DNA of 64,000 nt from an uncultured Gemmatimonadales bacterium (GTDB lineage: Bacteria; Gemmatimonadota; Gemmatimonadetes; Longimicrobiales; Gaopeijiaceae): the NCBI GenBank assembly GCA_963823035.1, contig CAWGKG010000014.1, positions 96,001 through 160,000 on the forward strand, given 5' to 3'. The stretch's first letter is position 1, and every line of letters starts with the position of its first letter. This document shows positions 14,119 to 25,838 of the stretch, one piece after another. Position numbers and translations under genes: made by a program. Below the pieces are notes generated by a model that saw only the letters and a program-made list of their open reading frames with translations, was not told the origin of the DNA and searched no databases.

Positions 14119-14583
14119 CTACAGGCGCAGCACCATCAGGAGCGCGTCCTCGCGCGGATGGTCGTAGTAGTCGCGACGCACCCCGATCTCCTTGAAGCCG
14201 AAGGCGCGGTAGAGGTCGGCCGCACCGCGATTCGACACCCGGACCTCGAGATAGAGCGACTCGACCCCGCGCTCGCGCGCCACCTCGACGATCCGCGCCA
14301 GGAGGTAGGCCCCGTAGCCACGCCGCCGGAACCGATCCACCACGGCGATGTTGGCCAGCTCGCCCTGATCCAGGATGCACCACACCACCGCGTAGGCCAC
14401 CACCCCGAACTCCGGGTCCTCGAGCACCCACAGCTCGGCGCCCGGCCGCTCCAGGAGCGTGTGGAAGGTGTCGGCCTTCCAGGGGGAGGTGAAGGCGTCC
14501 GCCTCGATCTCCGCCACGCGCACCACGTCCGCCGCGGTCATGCGGCGCGCCGTGACCCGGGGCGGCGCGCTCAGGCCGTCCAT
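14119..14583 (-). CDS. rimI: Ribosomal protein S18 alanine N-acetyltransferase
   Basis: GNAT fold: ELANIAV...RRRGYG...LEVRVSN...RRDYY...EDALLM; next to tsaB. Confidence 0.9.
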   Translation of the reverse strand: MDGLSAPPRVTARRMTAADVVRVAEIEADAFTSPWKADTFHTLLERPGAELWVLEDPEFGVVAYAVVWCILDQGELANIAVVDRFRRRGYGAYLLARIVEVARERGVESLYLEVRVSNRGAADLYRAFGFKEIGVRRDYYDHPREDALLMVLRL

Positions 14584-15274
14584 GCGCGCTCCGCGCTCGA
14601 GGCCTTGACGTACCGGGGCTCCCACGTCTCGAGCGCCGCCACCGGAGGAGCGTCCCGGTGCATCGCCAGGTAGCGCACCAACGCGTCGCCCGACGGCTCC
14701 CCGACGGGCTCTTCCAGCACGGCGAAGCCGGCCGCCTCGATCGCGGGCCGATGGCGTTGGGCGCCGTCGCCCGCGAAGGCCGCACCCACCGGCACGTCGG
14801 AGGCCAGCAGGGTACGCAGGTCCGTGGCGTAGGGCTCCACGAGCGTCTCGAGGCCGTCGGTGCCCACCGCGTAGCACGCGGCGTACACGCGGTCGGCTCG
14901 CGCGTCGAAGAGGACATAGCGAACGCCGTGGCCGTCGTCGGCCAGGGCGCCCGCGGCCAGGCTGGACACGGCCCACAGCGGCACGCCGCGGGCGCGCGCG
15001 AGCCCCTTCGCCGTCGCCGCGGCGATGCGCACGCCCGTGAAGGACCCGGGACCCTCGCCCACCAACACGCCACCCACTTCCTCGATGTCGACGCTCGCCT
15101 CGGTGAGCGCGGCGTCCACCGCGGGCACCAAGCGCGGACGCGTGCCCACCCTTGCGCTCGAGCCGGCGTCGGGCCAGCACCTGCGGGCCGCGCGACACCG
15201 CCACGTGTCCGACCGGCCCCGAGGTGTCCAGGGCCAGGTAGAAGCCGGAGGTCGGAGAAGCCCGGCGCGCTCAC
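14571..15274 (-). CDS. tsaB: tRNA threonylcarbamoyladenosine biosynthesis protein TsaB; apparent frameshifts
   Basis: YLALDTS N-terminus; GEGPGSFTGVRI; FDARADRVY; EPRYVK. Confidence 0.88.
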
Positions 15275-15738
15275 CGCCCGCCGCTCACCTGCATCGGGAA
15301 GCCCACCAGCTCGGGGGGAGAGCCCACGCGGCGCACCGAGATGTCGCGGAGCAGCGGGGCCCCCGACACCGGCGACAGCTCGATCTCCCAGCGATCGTCG
15401 GGCATGAGGGGCCCGGCGCGCTCCGGCCACTCCACGAGCACGATCTCGTTCATCTGGCCGAGGTCGTCCCAGCCCAGCTCCCGGAGATCCTCCGGGTCGT
15501 CGATGCGGTACAGGTCGAGGTGCACGACCTCGAGACCCAGCCGGGCCGGGTAGCGGAAGAGGAGGTTGAAGGAGGGCGACGGCATCGGGCGCGTCACCCC
15601 GGCGCCCTGCCCGATCGCCCGCGCCAGCACGGACTTGCCCGCGCCCAGCGGGCCCTTGAGCCCGAGGAAGATCGGCGTCTCGACCGTTCGGCCGATGCGC
15701 TCCCCCCAGCGCTCCACGCCCGGCTCGTCGAGCCTCAT
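15271..15738 (-). CDS. tsaE: tRNA t6A ATPase TsaE
   Basis: LKGPLGAGKS, SPSFNL, HLDLYRI, LVEWPER. Confidence 0.93.
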   Translation of the reverse strand: MRLDEPGVERWGERIGRTVETPIFLGLKGPLGAGKSVLARAIGQGAGVTRPMPSPSFNLLFRYPARLGLEVVHLDLYRIDDPEDLRELGWDDLGQMNEIVLVEWPERAGPLMPDDRWEIELSPVSGAPLLRDISVRRVGSPPELVGFPMQVSGGR

Positions 15739-16724
15739 GACGCGGCCGGATCCCCGTCCGCGGCGGGAGCCTGCCGCTGTCGCGTCAGCCAGGCGACGGT
15801 GCGGCGGAGCCCCTCGGCCAGCGGCACCCGCACCTCGTAGCCCAGGCGTTCCCGGATCTTGGTGAGATCGGCGAGCGAGTCCCGCACCTCCCCCGCCCGC
15901 CCCGGCGCGTGCTCGGCGTCGACGCGCGCTCCCGTGATCTCGCGGATCTCCTCCCAGACGCGCGCCACGCTGATGCGCTCCCCACACCCGACGTTGAAGA
16001 CCTCGCCCACCACGCCCTCCGCCTGCGCGGAACAGGCGCGGAAGTTGGCGTGGACGACGTTCTCGACGTACGTGAAGTCGCGCGTCTGGCCGCCGTCCCC
16101 GAGGATGGTCGGCGCCCGCCCGTCCAACGCCGCGTCGGCGAAGAGCGGGATCGCCGCGGAATAGGGGGAGTGCGGGTCCTGGCGCGGCCCGAAGACGTTG
16201 AAGTACCGGAGCACGACCGTGCCCAGGCCGAAGAGCGCCGGGAAGACCTGCGCGTAGTGCTCACCGGCCAGCTTCGCCACGGCGTAGGGCGATCGGGGGC
16301 TCGTGGCCATGTCCTCGTGCTTCGGGAGCGTGGGCGTGTCGCCGTAGGCCGACGACGAGCCCGCGTACACGAAGCGCCGCACGCCCGCCTGCGCAGCCGC
16401 GTGCAGCATGTTGAGCGTGCCGGTCGCGCTCACCTCGTGGGTGGGGCGCGGGTCCGTGACGGAGCGCTGCACCGAGGGGAGCGAAGCCTCGTGCAGGACG
16501 TAGTCGACCCCGGCGCACGCCGCGCGGCACGCGCTCAGGTCGGTGACCGACGCCTCGTGCAGGTCGATGCGGTCGGCGAACGGCGCGAGGTTCTCACGCC
16601 GGCCCGTGGAGAAGTCGTCGAGCACACGCACCCTCGCGCCCCCCTCCAGGAGGTGCTCGACGAGGTGCGACCCGATGAACCCGGCGCCGCCGGTGACCAG
16701 TACGGTGGTGTCTTCGAAGCTCAT
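15735..16724 (-). CDS. SDR NAD-dependent epimerase (WbpP/TviC-like UDP-HexNAc 4-epimerase)
   Basis: [38 protein letters not shown]. Confidence 0.85.
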   Translation of the reverse strand: MSFEDTTVLVTGGAGFIGSHLVEHLLEGGARVRVLDDFSTGRRENLAPFADRIDLHEASVTDLSACRAACAGVDYVLHEASLPSVQRSVTDPRPTHEVSATGTLNMLHAAAQAGVRRFVYAGSSSAYGDTPTLPKHEDMATSPRSPYAVAKLAGEHYAQVFPALFGLGTVVLRYFNVFGPRQDPHSPYSAAIPLFADAALDGRAPTILGDGGQTRDFTYVENVVHANFRACSAQAEGVVGEVFNVGCGERISVARVWEEIREITGARVDAEHAPGRAGEVRDSLADLTKIRERLGYEVRVPLAEGLRRTVAWLTRQRQAPAADGDPAAS

Positions 16725-16735
16725 GGAGGGTCAAT

Positions 16736-17362
16736 CTAACCACCGTACAACGCCTCGCGCATGATGACGTCCAGGACCGCCGGCGGCACGAGGGACGAGA
16801 CGTCCTCACGAGCACGCACGCGCGCCCTCACGCCGGAGGAGGAGACGTCCACCCGCGTCACCGGCACGTGCACCGCGCGCTCCATCCCCGGGAGGTCCGG
16901 TGCCACCGCCGCGGCCGACTCCCCCTCGCGGTCCATGATGGCCAGCGTGGCCAGGCGCAGGATCTCCTCCGGCTCCCGCCATCCGGTGTCGAGCGTGCGC
17001 ACCTGGTCGGCGCCGAGGATCAGGAAGAGGGACGCCTCGGGATCGCGCGCCCGCAACGCCCGCAGCGTGTCCACCGTCCAGGACGGACCGGGGCGGTCGA
17101 GCTCGATGTCGGAGACCTCGAAGCGCGGGTCGGAGGAGGCTGCCGCGGCGGTCATCTCCCGGCGGAGCGGGGCCCCGGTGATCTCCCGATCCGGCTTGTG
17201 CACGGGGTCGCGGGCCGGGATCCAGAGCACGCGGTCGAGCGCCAGGGCGTCCGCGACATCGCGGGCCACCGCGACGTGCCCCACGTGGGGAGGGTCGAAC
17301 GTGCCGCCGAAGACGCCGACGCGGGGTCGGAGGCCTTCGCTATGCGTGCTGTCCGTTGCCAT
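16736..17362 (-). CDS. nadD: Nicotinate-nucleotide adenylyltransferase
   Basis: FGGTFDPPHVGH, SWTVDTL, ILGAD, VSSSGVR. Confidence 0.95.
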   Translation of the reverse strand: MATDSTHSEGLRPRVGVFGGTFDPPHVGHVAVARDVADALALDRVLWIPARDPVHKPDREITGAPLRREMTAAAASSDPRFEVSDIELDRPGPSWTVDTLRALRARDPEASLFLILGADQVRTLDTGWREPEEILRLATLAIMDREGESAAAVAPDLPGMERAVHVPVTRVDVSSSGVRARVRAREDVSSLVPPAVLDVIMREALYGG

Positions 17363-18089
17363 CGGCGCGCACCGAGGACGCCGCCGGAGAATCCGGATAC
17401 TGCTCCAGCAGCTTGGTGCGCGCGTCATCGGCGAGGTCGTCGTAGCCGATGGCCTTGTTGGACTCGTAGATCCCCAGGAGCGCGCGCGGGGCGTACTCCG
17501 TCTCGGGATAGAGCTGCACCACGAACTCGTAGTACTTGATCGCCGAATCGAAGAGCTTCCGGCGGAAGTAGAAGTCCGCGTTCAGGTACTCCTTCTCGGC
17601 GAGCTTCACCCGCATGTCGTTGGCGAGCGTCGCCGCATCCTGAGCCTGCGGCGTGCCGGCGTAGTCGGTCACCACGTTGCGGCAGGTGGTGATCGCCTCG
17701 TTCGTGTACCCCTGGTCACGCTCCGGCACGGGCGAGAGGGCGACCAGCGACTTGCACATGCCGAGGGCCGCGACCGGGGCGCCGTCGTCGCCCGGATACC
17801 GGTCGATGAAACGCTGGTACTCGGAGCGCGCCGTGAGGTAGTCGCCCTTGCCGAAATACGAATCGGCGATCATCAGGCGCGCGTCCGACGCGTAGTCCGA
17901 CGCGCCGAAGGAGATGAAGAAGCGGTCCAGCGCTCGAATCGCGTCGTCCCATTCGTGGTCCTGGAACTTCTGCTGGGCGAGCATGAAGAGCTGCTCGTCC
18001 GTCATGCCCTGGTAGGGGTTGGCGGAGCCGCAGCCCGTGAGGGCCGCCGCGAGAACCACGAAGGCGAGGTGTCGTACGGTCGAGGACAT
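17340..18089 (-). CDS. bamD: Outer membrane assembly lipoprotein BamD
   Basis: Lipobox TGC; TPR; ERDQGYT...KLAEKEYLNADFY. Confidence 0.9.
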   Translation of the reverse strand: MSSTVRHLAFVVLAAALTGCGSANPYQGMTDEQLFMLAQQKFQDHEWDDAIRALDRFFISFGASDYASDARLMIADSYFGKGDYLTARSEYQRFIDRYPGDDGAPVAALGMCKSLVALSPVPERDQGYTNEAITTCRNVVTDYAGTPQAQDAATLANDMRVKLAEKEYLNADFYFRRKLFDSAIKYYEFVVQLYPETEYAPRALLGIYESNKAIGYDDLADDARTKLLEQYPDSPAASSVRADGNGQHA

Positions 18090-18157
18090 CCGTTGGAAAT
18101 ACCCGCTGGAGTGGTTGGGGTTTCTGGCGAAGCCGTCCGGGTGAGCCCGGTCTCTCG

Positions 18158-19118
18158 TCAGCGGCATCGACCGCCGCGGAGGGACTCGAGCCCCCGGCCG
18201 AAGCGGATCTCGTCGAAGCGGGCCTGGGCCCGGTCGACGAGCGAAGCGTTGTTGTCCAACGTGCGTACCCGCGCGTAGGCGTCCATGGCGGCCTGGCACT
18301 CGCCCAGCTGCGAGAGGATCTCCGCCTTCTCGAACCAGGCCTGGCCGAGGATGTTCCGCGGCGCCCCCACCTCGATCGCGCGGTTCACGCGCAGCAACGC
18401 GGACTCCAGCTCCGGCTCGGTCTGCTCGGGCTCCGCGCGGATCTCGCGTGCCAGGTTGAAGGAGCACGTGCCGATGTACCAGTCCACCTCGTCGCGCCGC
18501 CAGGGACGGACCATGCTCCGGTAGCGCTCGAAGAAGATCAGCGCGTGCGCGCAGTCACCGATCTCCTCGTAGGCCTGCCCCACCTCGAAGACGATGTCCG
18601 AGGTGGCGGAATCCGCGACCTCGGCCAGGGCCTGCGTGTAGAATGGAAGGGCCCGACCGTACTCGCCGGCCTGGAAGTAGTGGCGCGCCAGGTCGAGCGA
18701 CATGTCGGAGACGCCGATGCCCGGACGGATGTGCAGCGCCTCCTCGACGGCGGACGCCATCGCGAAGCGGTCCTTCCGCTCGCGGGCCTCGAGGGCCATG
18801 CGCATCAGGTCCGCCACCGCCTGGTCCTCCATCGTGGAGTCCTTCTGGGCGGCCTCCAGGTAGAACGCGCCGGCGTCGTCCACGCGGTCCATCATCGCGT
18901 ACGTGTGCGCCACCCGGGCCAGCGTCTCCCCGTCGTCGGCGCCCTGGCGCACGGCGAGCCGATACTCGGCGAGGGCCTCGTCGTACTTCCCCATCGCGAA
19001 GGCCTCGTCACCGCGGCGGACGGAGCTCTGCTCGGTCGCGCCGGGCCGAGCACGCCGCCGTGGCGAGGCAGGCGAGCGCGAGGAGGACGCGGATTCTCGG
19101 GGGGGCGGTCGATCGCAT
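18158..19118 (-). CDS. TPR-repeat lipoprotein; apparent frameshift near 19020
   Basis: Signal LLALACLATAAC from ATG 19118 joins RGDEAFAMGKYDEAL TPR ORF 18158..18994. Confidence 0.7.
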
Positions 19119-19195
19119 CACGGTTCCGGTTCCGGGGTTCGGCGCTTCCGCGCCGAGCGGCATGCAATATAGTCGCCCCGTGCCGCCCCGGTTCC

Positions 19196-19943
19196 TCAGT
19201 CGGGCTTCCCCGGTTCCCCGACGCCCTGCGTCGAACGTGACGCCGACCGAGGCCAGGTAGGCCCGCGGGCGCATGTCGTCCGGCGCGTCCTCGGCGGACC
19301 GCGTCCATTCGCGGATCGCCGCCGGGTCGTCTCCCAGGCGGTGGAGCACCACCCCCAGCCGAACGCGCGCACCCACGAAGCCGGGACGAGCGTCCAGGAT
19401 GTCCTCGAGCTCCTCACGAGCCTGCTGGAGGTCGCCCAGCTCGATGAGCGCCTCGGCATACTTGCTCCGGATGTCCATGAAGCGGGGTCGGATGTCGAGG
19501 GCCGACCGGTAGTGCTGCGCGGCTTCCTTCGGATGGTTGGCCACCAGGTACAGGTCACCGAGCTGGGCGTGCGTCACGGCGATCCGGTTGCCGACCTCGG
19601 AGGGAAAGTCACGCGAATCGCGCGTGTCGAGCTCCCCGGCGCGGCTGAAGGCCGCGTGCGCCTCCTCGTGGCGGCCCAGCTCGTTGAGGACGATCCCCCG
19701 GTTCAGGTGGGCCTCGGCGTACGAGCTGTTGAGCTCGAGCGCCCTGTCGAAGTGCACCAGGGCCTCGTCCGGACGGCCGAGCATGGCCAGACAGAGCCCC
19801 GCCTTGTTGTGCACGTCCGCGAAGTACGGGTGGTCGACGAGCACCTCGTGGAACGTGGTCAGCGCCGACTCGTAGTCCTCGCGCTCCCACGCGCTCAACC
19901 CTCGCGCGACGACGTCGCGCGCCTGGTGGGGGTTGTTGGCCAT
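19196..19943 (-). CDS. TPR-repeat protein (3' end uncertain; as assembled it reads through to 19008)
   Basis: Multiple TPRs: FADVHNKAGLCL, YAEAHLNRGIVL, FVGARVRLGVVL. Confidence 0.75.
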
Positions 19944-19984
19944 GCCGCCGAGTTCGGGGTTGGGGGGAAGGGGGAAAAGGGCCG

Positions 19985-20945
19985 CTAGAGCGTACGCGCC
20001 ACCGCCTCGTCGCGCTCGACCAGCTCCCGGAAGTAGTCGATCGTGCGGCGCAGGCCCTCCCGCAGGGACACCTGCGGCTCCCACCCCAGGCGGGCCCTCG
20101 CGATCGTGATGTCCGGCCGGCGCACCTTGGGATCGTCCTCCGGCAGGGGGAGGCGGCGCAGCTCGGAGGCGCTCCCCGTCTCCTCGATCACCATCTCCGC
20201 GAGCTCGAGGATCGTGAACTCCTTCGGGTTGCCGATGTTCATCGGGTTCGTGTAGTCCGAATGGAAGAGCCCGTAGATCCCCGTCACCTCGTCCGAGACG
20301 TAGCTGAACGAGCGCGTCTGGTTGCCCTCACCGTACACCGACAGCGCCTCGCCGCGCAGCGCCTGGACGATGAAGTTCGAGACCACGCGACCGTCGGCCG
20401 CGCGCATGCGCGGACCGTAGGTGTTGAAGATCCGCACGATGCGGGTGTCCACCTCGTGGTAGCGGTGGTAGGCCATCGTCATGGCCTCCGCGAAGCGCTT
20501 GGCCTCGTCGTACACGCCGCGCACGCCGATCGGGTTCACGTTCCCCCAATAGGTCTCGACCTGCGGGTGCACGAGCGGGATCGCCGTACACCTCCGAGGT
20601 GGAAGCGAGCAGGAAGCGCGCCTCCTTGGCCAGGGCGATTCCGAGCGCGTTGTGCGTGCCCAGGCTACCGACCTTGAGCGTCTGGATCGGCAGCTCGAGG
20701 TAGTCGACCGGACTTGCCGGGGAGGCGAAGTGCAGCACCCCGTCCAGGCGGCCCGCGATGATGATCGGCCTGGAGATGTCGTGCTCCACCAGCTCGAAGC
20801 CGTCCCGGGCCGAGAGCGCTTCGGCGTTGCCCCGCGAGCCCGTGATGAAGTTGTCGAGGCCGATGACCTGGTGGCCGTCGTCGAGGAAGCGGTCGGCGAG
20901 GTGCGAGCCCAGGAAGCCGGCCGCACCCGTGATGAGGACGCGCAC
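19985..20945 (-). CDS. UDP-glucuronate decarboxylase (UXS-like SDR); apparent frameshift near 20580
   Basis: [36 protein letters not shown]...[16 protein letters not shown]. Confidence 0.88.
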
Positions 20946-20946
20946 G

Positions 20947-22281
20947 TCAGCGCGTCCCGATCGCGGAGGCCGGCACCGACGCGGCCCGACCGATGCAGGA
21001 GTACTCGAAGCCCTTCCCTGCCATGGACTCCGGGTTCCACAGGTTTCGTCCATCGAAGACCAGCGGCGTCTTCATCGCGGCCTTCATGCGCGCGAAGTCC
21101 GGGCGGCGGTATGGGTGCCACTCCGTGTGGATCACCAGGGCGTCCGCCCCGTCCAGCGCGGCGTAGTTGTTGGCCGCGTAGGAGATCCGGTCGCCGAGGT
21201 GGCGGCGCGCCTCCTCCATCGCCACCGGATCGTGGGCCACCACCTTCGCTCCACGGGCCAGCAGCCCCTCGATCGTCACCAGGCTCGGCGCCTCCCGCAT
21301 GTCGTCCGTGTTGGGCTTGAACGCCAGCCCCCAGACCGCCACGGTGCGCCCGGTCAGGTCCTCCCCCAGCCGCTCGGTGAGCCGATCGAGGAGGATGCGC
21401 TTCTGCCGGTCGTTCACGTCTTCGACGGCCCGCAGGATCGACGCGTCGGCGCCCAGGTCCGTCATCGTGCGCATCAGCGCCTTCACGTCCTTCGGGAAGC
21501 AGCTCCCCCCGTAGCCCGCACCCGGGTACAGGAAGGCCGGGCCGATGCGCAGATCCGTGCCCACGCCCTTGCGCACCGCGTTCACGTCGGCGCCCGTCTT
21601 CTCGCAGAGCTGCGCGATCGCGTTCATGAAGGAGATGCGGGTGGCCAGCATCGCGTTGGCGGCGTACTTGGTGATCTCGGCGGACGGCACGTCCATGATC
21701 AGGATCTCGTTGCCGCTGCGCACGAAGGGCGCGTACAGGTCGCGCAGCACCTCGCCGGCGTACTCCGAATCCACGCCCAGCACGACACGGTCCGGCTTCA
21801 TGAAGTCGTCGACCGCGGCCCCCTCCTTGAGGAACTCGGGGTTCGAGCACACGTGCACGGGAAGGTCCGTGTGCGCCTCGATCTCGGCCCGCACCAGCTT
21901 GGCCGTACCCACCGGAACCGTGCTCTTCGTGATGACGATCTTCTCGCTCTCCATGCTCTGGCCGATGGTGCGCGCCACCGCGAGCACGTGCTGCAGGTCG
22001 GCCGATCCGTCCTCGCCCGGGGGTGTGCCCACGGCGATGAAGACGATGTCGGAGGCGCGCACGGCCTCCGCCACGTCGGTGGTGTAGCGGATTCTGCCTG
22101 CCTCGAGGTTCGTCTGGATCATCTCCTCCAGGCCCGGCTCGTAGATCGGTACCTCGCCACGGCTCAGGCGCGCGACCTTGTCCTCGTCGATGTCCGCGGA
22201 AATCAGGTCGTTGCCGGACTCCGCGAGGCACGCGCCCAGGACGAGCCCCACGTATCCGGATCCGATGACGGCGACCTTCAT
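20947..22281 (-). CDS. ugd: UDP-glucose 6-dehydrogenase
   Basis: [38 protein letters not shown]. Confidence 0.95.
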   Translation of the reverse strand: MKVAVIGSGYVGLVLGACLAESGNDLISADIDEDKVARLSRGEVPIYEPGLEEMIQTNLEAGRIRYTTDVAEAVRASDIVFIAVGTPPGEDGSADLQHVLAVARTIGQSMESEKIVITKSTVPVGTAKLVRAEIEAHTDLPVHVCSNPEFLKEGAAVDDFMKPDRVVLGVDSEYAGEVLRDLYAPFVRSGNEILIMDVPSAEITKYAANAMLATRISFMNAIAQLCEKTGADVNAVRKGVGTDLRIGPAFLYPGAGYGGSCFPKDVKALMRTMTDLGADASILRAVEDVNDRQKRILLDRLTERLGEDLTGRTVAVWGLAFKPNTDDMREAPSLVTIEGLLARGAKVVAHDPVAMEEARRHLGDRISYAANNYAALDGADALVIHTEWHPYRRPDFARMKAAMKTPLVFDGRNLWNPESMAGKGFEYSCIGRAASVPASAIGTR

Positions 22282-22304
22282 GCAAGTACCCCTGGATCGG
22301 ATGG

Positions 22305-23415
22305 CTAGCGGTAGAAGTCGCGGACGGCTTCGGCGACCACGGCCAGCCGATCATCGCCCAATTCCGGGAAGATCGGAAGGCTCAGCACCTCCTCGCAGAG
22401 CCGCTTCCGTGACAGGAAGGTCTCCCGGGGCGTAGCCCAGCGAGGCGAAGCACTCCTGCATGTGGAGCGGGACCGGGTAGTAGACGCCCGAGCCGATGCC
22501 CCGCTCGGTGAGGTGGGCCTTGAGCTCGTCGCGGCGCTCCGCGCGGATCGTGTACTGATTGTAGATGTGGAAGTTGCCCTCGCCGACGGTGGGGGTGCGG
22601 ACGGCGTCCACGTCGGCGAGCATCCCCTCGTAGCGGCAGGCGTTCTCACGGCGCGCGGCGGTCCATCCCTCGAGGTACCGGAGCTTGACCCGCAGGACCG
22701 CCGCCTGCAGGGCGTCGAGACGCGAGTTGGTGCCCACCATCTCGTGTTGGTACATCTGCCGCCCCCCGTGCACGCGCAGCTTGGCGACCTTCTCGGCCAA
22801 CGCCGCATCGCCCGTGGTCACGAGCCCGCCGTCGCCGAAGGCGCCCAGGTTCTTCGTGGGGAAGAAGCTGAAGGCGGCGGCGTCTCCCGCGGAGCCCGCG
22901 ACGCCCGCCGCCGACTTCGCCCCGATCGCCTGGGCGGCGTCCTCGAGCACGAAGGCGCCGCGCAGCCCGGCCAGCGTGCGGATCTCGGCCATCGGCGCCA
23001 TCTGCCCGAAGAGGTGCACCGGCACCACCGCCACCGTGCGGTCCGTCCAGACGGACTCCAGGGACGCGGCCGTGACGTTGAACGTGTCCGGGTCGACATC
23101 GCAGAAGACAGGGCGCAGCCCCGCGTTCCAGACGGCGCCGGCGGTGGCGAAGAAGGTGAAGCTCGGAACGATCACTTCGGAGCCCGGCTCGGCGTCGAGC
23201 GCCCGGAGCGGGAGAAGGAGCGCGTCCGTCCCGCTGGCGCAACCCACCGCGTGCTTCACGCCGAGGTAGTCGGACAGCTCGGCTTCGAGGGCCTCCACCT
23301 CCGGGCCCAGGACGAAGCGCTGACTCTCGACGACGGCGAGGACTGCGGCGTCCAGCTCGGCGTGGATCGATCGGTACTGAGCGGTGAGGTCGAGGAGGGG
23401 TACGGATGGGCTCAC
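22305..23415 (-). CDS. DegT/DnrJ/EryC1/StrS PLP-dependent aminotransferase; apparent frameshift near 22405
   Basis: [48 protein letters not shown]. Confidence 0.9.
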
Positions 23416-23513
23416 GGTGGGCGGGCTTCGTTGTCGGTGGCTCGGCGTGCTTCGAGTCCCGAAGATCGCCCGGAAAGGGCGGGAACGGGAGAGATGTCCC
23501 GTACCCTTCCCGA

Positions 23514-23699
23514 TCAGGTCATCGGGTGTGCCTCGTCCATCGTCGTTTCGGAAGGCGAGTCCCCCGGCTCCGTACGCTCCGCGAAGGCCATGAGCCGCAG
23601 GATCGTCCGGGTATCGTAGAGATCGACTTCCTCATCCGGTGGAAAGCCCTCGAAGAGCTGAGGGAAGTCGCCGTAGCGCATCGGTCGCCCGTCCTGCAT
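23514..23699 (-). CDS. Small acidic hypothetical protein
   Basis: ATG with GAGGAG upstream, in the uvrB-DegT gap; no recognisable motif. Confidence 0.35.
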   Translation of the reverse strand: MQDGRPMRYGDFPQLFEGFPPDEEVDLYDTRTILRLMAFAERTEPGDSPSETTMDEAHPMT

Positions 23700-23840
23700 C
23701 CCGCTCCTCGAGCCTGGGAAGTCGGGAGGATCCAACCACGCTACGCGCGGGCTATCGGCACGGCCACACTTGGTTGTCTGAGCAACACTTTCCCCTGGAC
23801 GCCGCCAGGTCCGGCTTGCCCTCCGGCGCGCGGATCGTCC

Positions 23841-25838
23841 CTACTTCTTCGCCGCCCTCAGCTCGAAGAGCTGGTCCCGCAGGAGCGCCGCCCGCTCGAA
23901 GTCCAGCGACTCGGCGGCCTCCGCCATCTCCTGCTCGAGGATCTTCACGTACTCCTCGCGATTCACCTCGTCGGCGTAGGTGGCGCGACCTTCGGCGATC
24001 GCGGCGGGCGCCGTGCGGGCGTCGGCCACGCGGGTGCTGAAGCCGATCTCCTCGATGCTCTTGAGGATGGTCGCCGGCGTGATGCCGTGTACGCGGTTGT
24101 GCTCGATCTGGATCTCTCGACGCCGGTTCGTCTCGTCCAGGCAGCGCTGCATCGACGCCGTGACGCGGTCGGCGTACAGGATCGCCACGCTGCCGACGTT
24201 GCGCGCGGCGCGGCCGATGGTCTGGATGAGGGAGCGGGCGTCCCGCAGGAAGCCCTCCTTGTCGGCGTCGAGGATCGCCACGAGCGACACCTCGGGGAGG
24301 TCGAGCCCCTCGCGCAGGAGGTTGATGCCGACCAGGACGTCGATCTTGCCGAGGCGGAGCTGCCGGATGATGGCCATGCGCTCGATCGTGTCGACCTCGG
24401 AGTGCATGTAGCGCACGCGTACCCCGACGCTCTGCAGGTACTCGCTCAGGTCCTCGGCCATGCGCTTGGTGAGCGTGGTCACGAGCACCCGCTCGTTCTT
24501 CCTCTCCCGGTCACGGATCTCCGCCAGGAGGTCGTCGACCTGCCCCTTCACCGGGCGCACCTCCACCTGAGGATCGACGAGCCCGGTGGGGCGGATGATC
24601 TGCTCGACCACCACGCCGCCCGCCTGCCGGAGCTCCCAGTCGCCGGGTGTGGCCGAGACGTAGACCACGTGGTCCAACATCCCCTCCCACTCGACGAACT
24701 TCAGCGGGCGGTTGTCCAGCGCGCTCGGCAGGCGGAAGCCGTGCTCGATGAGCGTGAGCTTCCGAGAGCGGTCGCCGTTGTACATCCCGTTGATCTGCGG
24801 GATCGAGGCGTGGCTCTCGTCCACGATCATGAGGAAGTCGGCCGGGAAGTAGTCCAGGAGGCAGGCGGGCCGATCGCCGGGTCGGCGGTGGCTCGTGTAG
24901 AGCGAGTAGTTCTCGATCCCCGGACAGGTGCCGATCTCGAGCATCATCTCCAGATCGAAGTTCGTGCGCTGCTCCAGCCGCTGCGCCTCCAGGAGCTTGC
25001 CGTCCTCGCGGAAGCGCTCGAGGTGCTCCTTCAGCTCCGCGCGGATGTGCGGGACCATCTCCTCGATCGTGCGCCGCCGCGTCACGTAGTGGCTGGCCGG
25101 GTAGATCGCGGTGCGGTCGAGCGCGGTGATGATCTCGCCCGTGAGCGGATCGAACCGGCTGATGCGCTCCACCTCGTCGCCCCACAGCTCGACGCGGATG
25201 GCCTGCTCGTCGTAGGCCGGGAAGATCTCGACGGTGTCGCCGCGCACGCGGAAGGCGCCGCGCTCGAAGAGGTAGTCGTTCCTCTTGTACTGGATGTCGA
25301 CCAGGCCGCGCAGGATCTCCTTGCGGGGCTTCTCGTCGCCGACCTTGAGGTGGAGCATGAGTGCGCGATAGTCGGCCGGGTTGCCCAGGCCGTAGATGCT
25401 CGACACGCTCGCCACCACGATCACGTCCTCGCGCTCGACCAGGCTGGAGGTGGCCCGGAGCCTCAGGCGCTCGATGTCCTCGTTGATCGACGCGTCCTTC
25501 TCGATGTACGTGTCGGTCGCCGGGACGTAGGCCTCGGGCTGGTAGTAGTCGTAGTAGGAGATGAAGTACTCGACGGCGTTGTGCGGGAAGAGCGCCTTCA
25601 GCTCTCCGTAGAGCTGGGCCGCGAGCGTCTTGTTGTGGCTCATGACCAGCGTGGGCCGACCGTGCCGCGCGATCACGTGCGCCATCGTGAACGTCTTGCC
25701 CGTGCCCGTGGCGCCCAGCAGCACCTGGCTCCTGTCGCCGCGCGCGAGGGCCTCGGACAGCTCCTCGATGGCGCGGGGCTGGTCGCCCGAGGGCGTGTGC
25801 GGGGAGACCAGCTCGAACGCGGCGGACCCTACACCCAC
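23841..25838 (-). CDS. uvrB: Excinuclease ABC subunit B
   Basis: [27 protein letters not shown]-terminal UVR domain. Confidence 0.98.
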   Translation of the reverse strand: MGVGSAAFELVSPHTPSGDQPRAIEELSEALARGDRSQVLLGATGTGKTFTMAHVIARHGRPTLVMSHNKTLAAQLYGELKALFPHNAVEYFISYYDYYQPEAYVPATDTYIEKDASINEDIERLRLRATSSLVEREDVIVVASVSSIYGLGNPADYRALMLHLKVGDEKPRKEILRGLVDIQYKRNDYLFERGAFRVRGDTVEIFPAYDEQAIRVELWGDEVERISRFDPLTGEIITALDRTAIYPASHYVTRRRTIEEMVPHIRAELKEHLERFREDGKLLEAQRLEQRTNFDLEMMLEIGTCPGIENYSLYTSHRRPGDRPACLLDYFPADFLMIVDESHASIPQINGMYNGDRSRKLTLIEHGFRLPSALDNRPLKFVEWEGMLDHVVYVSATPGDWELRQAGGVVVEQIIRPTGLVDPQVEVRPVKGQVDDLLAEIRDRERKNERVLVTTLTKRMAEDLSEYLQSVGVRVRYMHSEVDTIERMAIIRQLRLGKIDVLVGINLLREGLDLPEVSLVAILDADKEGFLRDARSLIQTIGRAARNVGSVAILYADRVTASMQRCLDETNRRREIQIEHNRVHGITPATILKSIEEIGFSTRVADARTAPAAIAEGRATYADEVNREEYVKILEQEMAEAAESLDFERAALLRDQLFELRAAKK

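Noticed and set aside
19008..20084. TPR ORF running into the next gene's signal peptide
   Set aside because: Best explained by indel errors; the downstream lipoprotein has its own ATG at 19118
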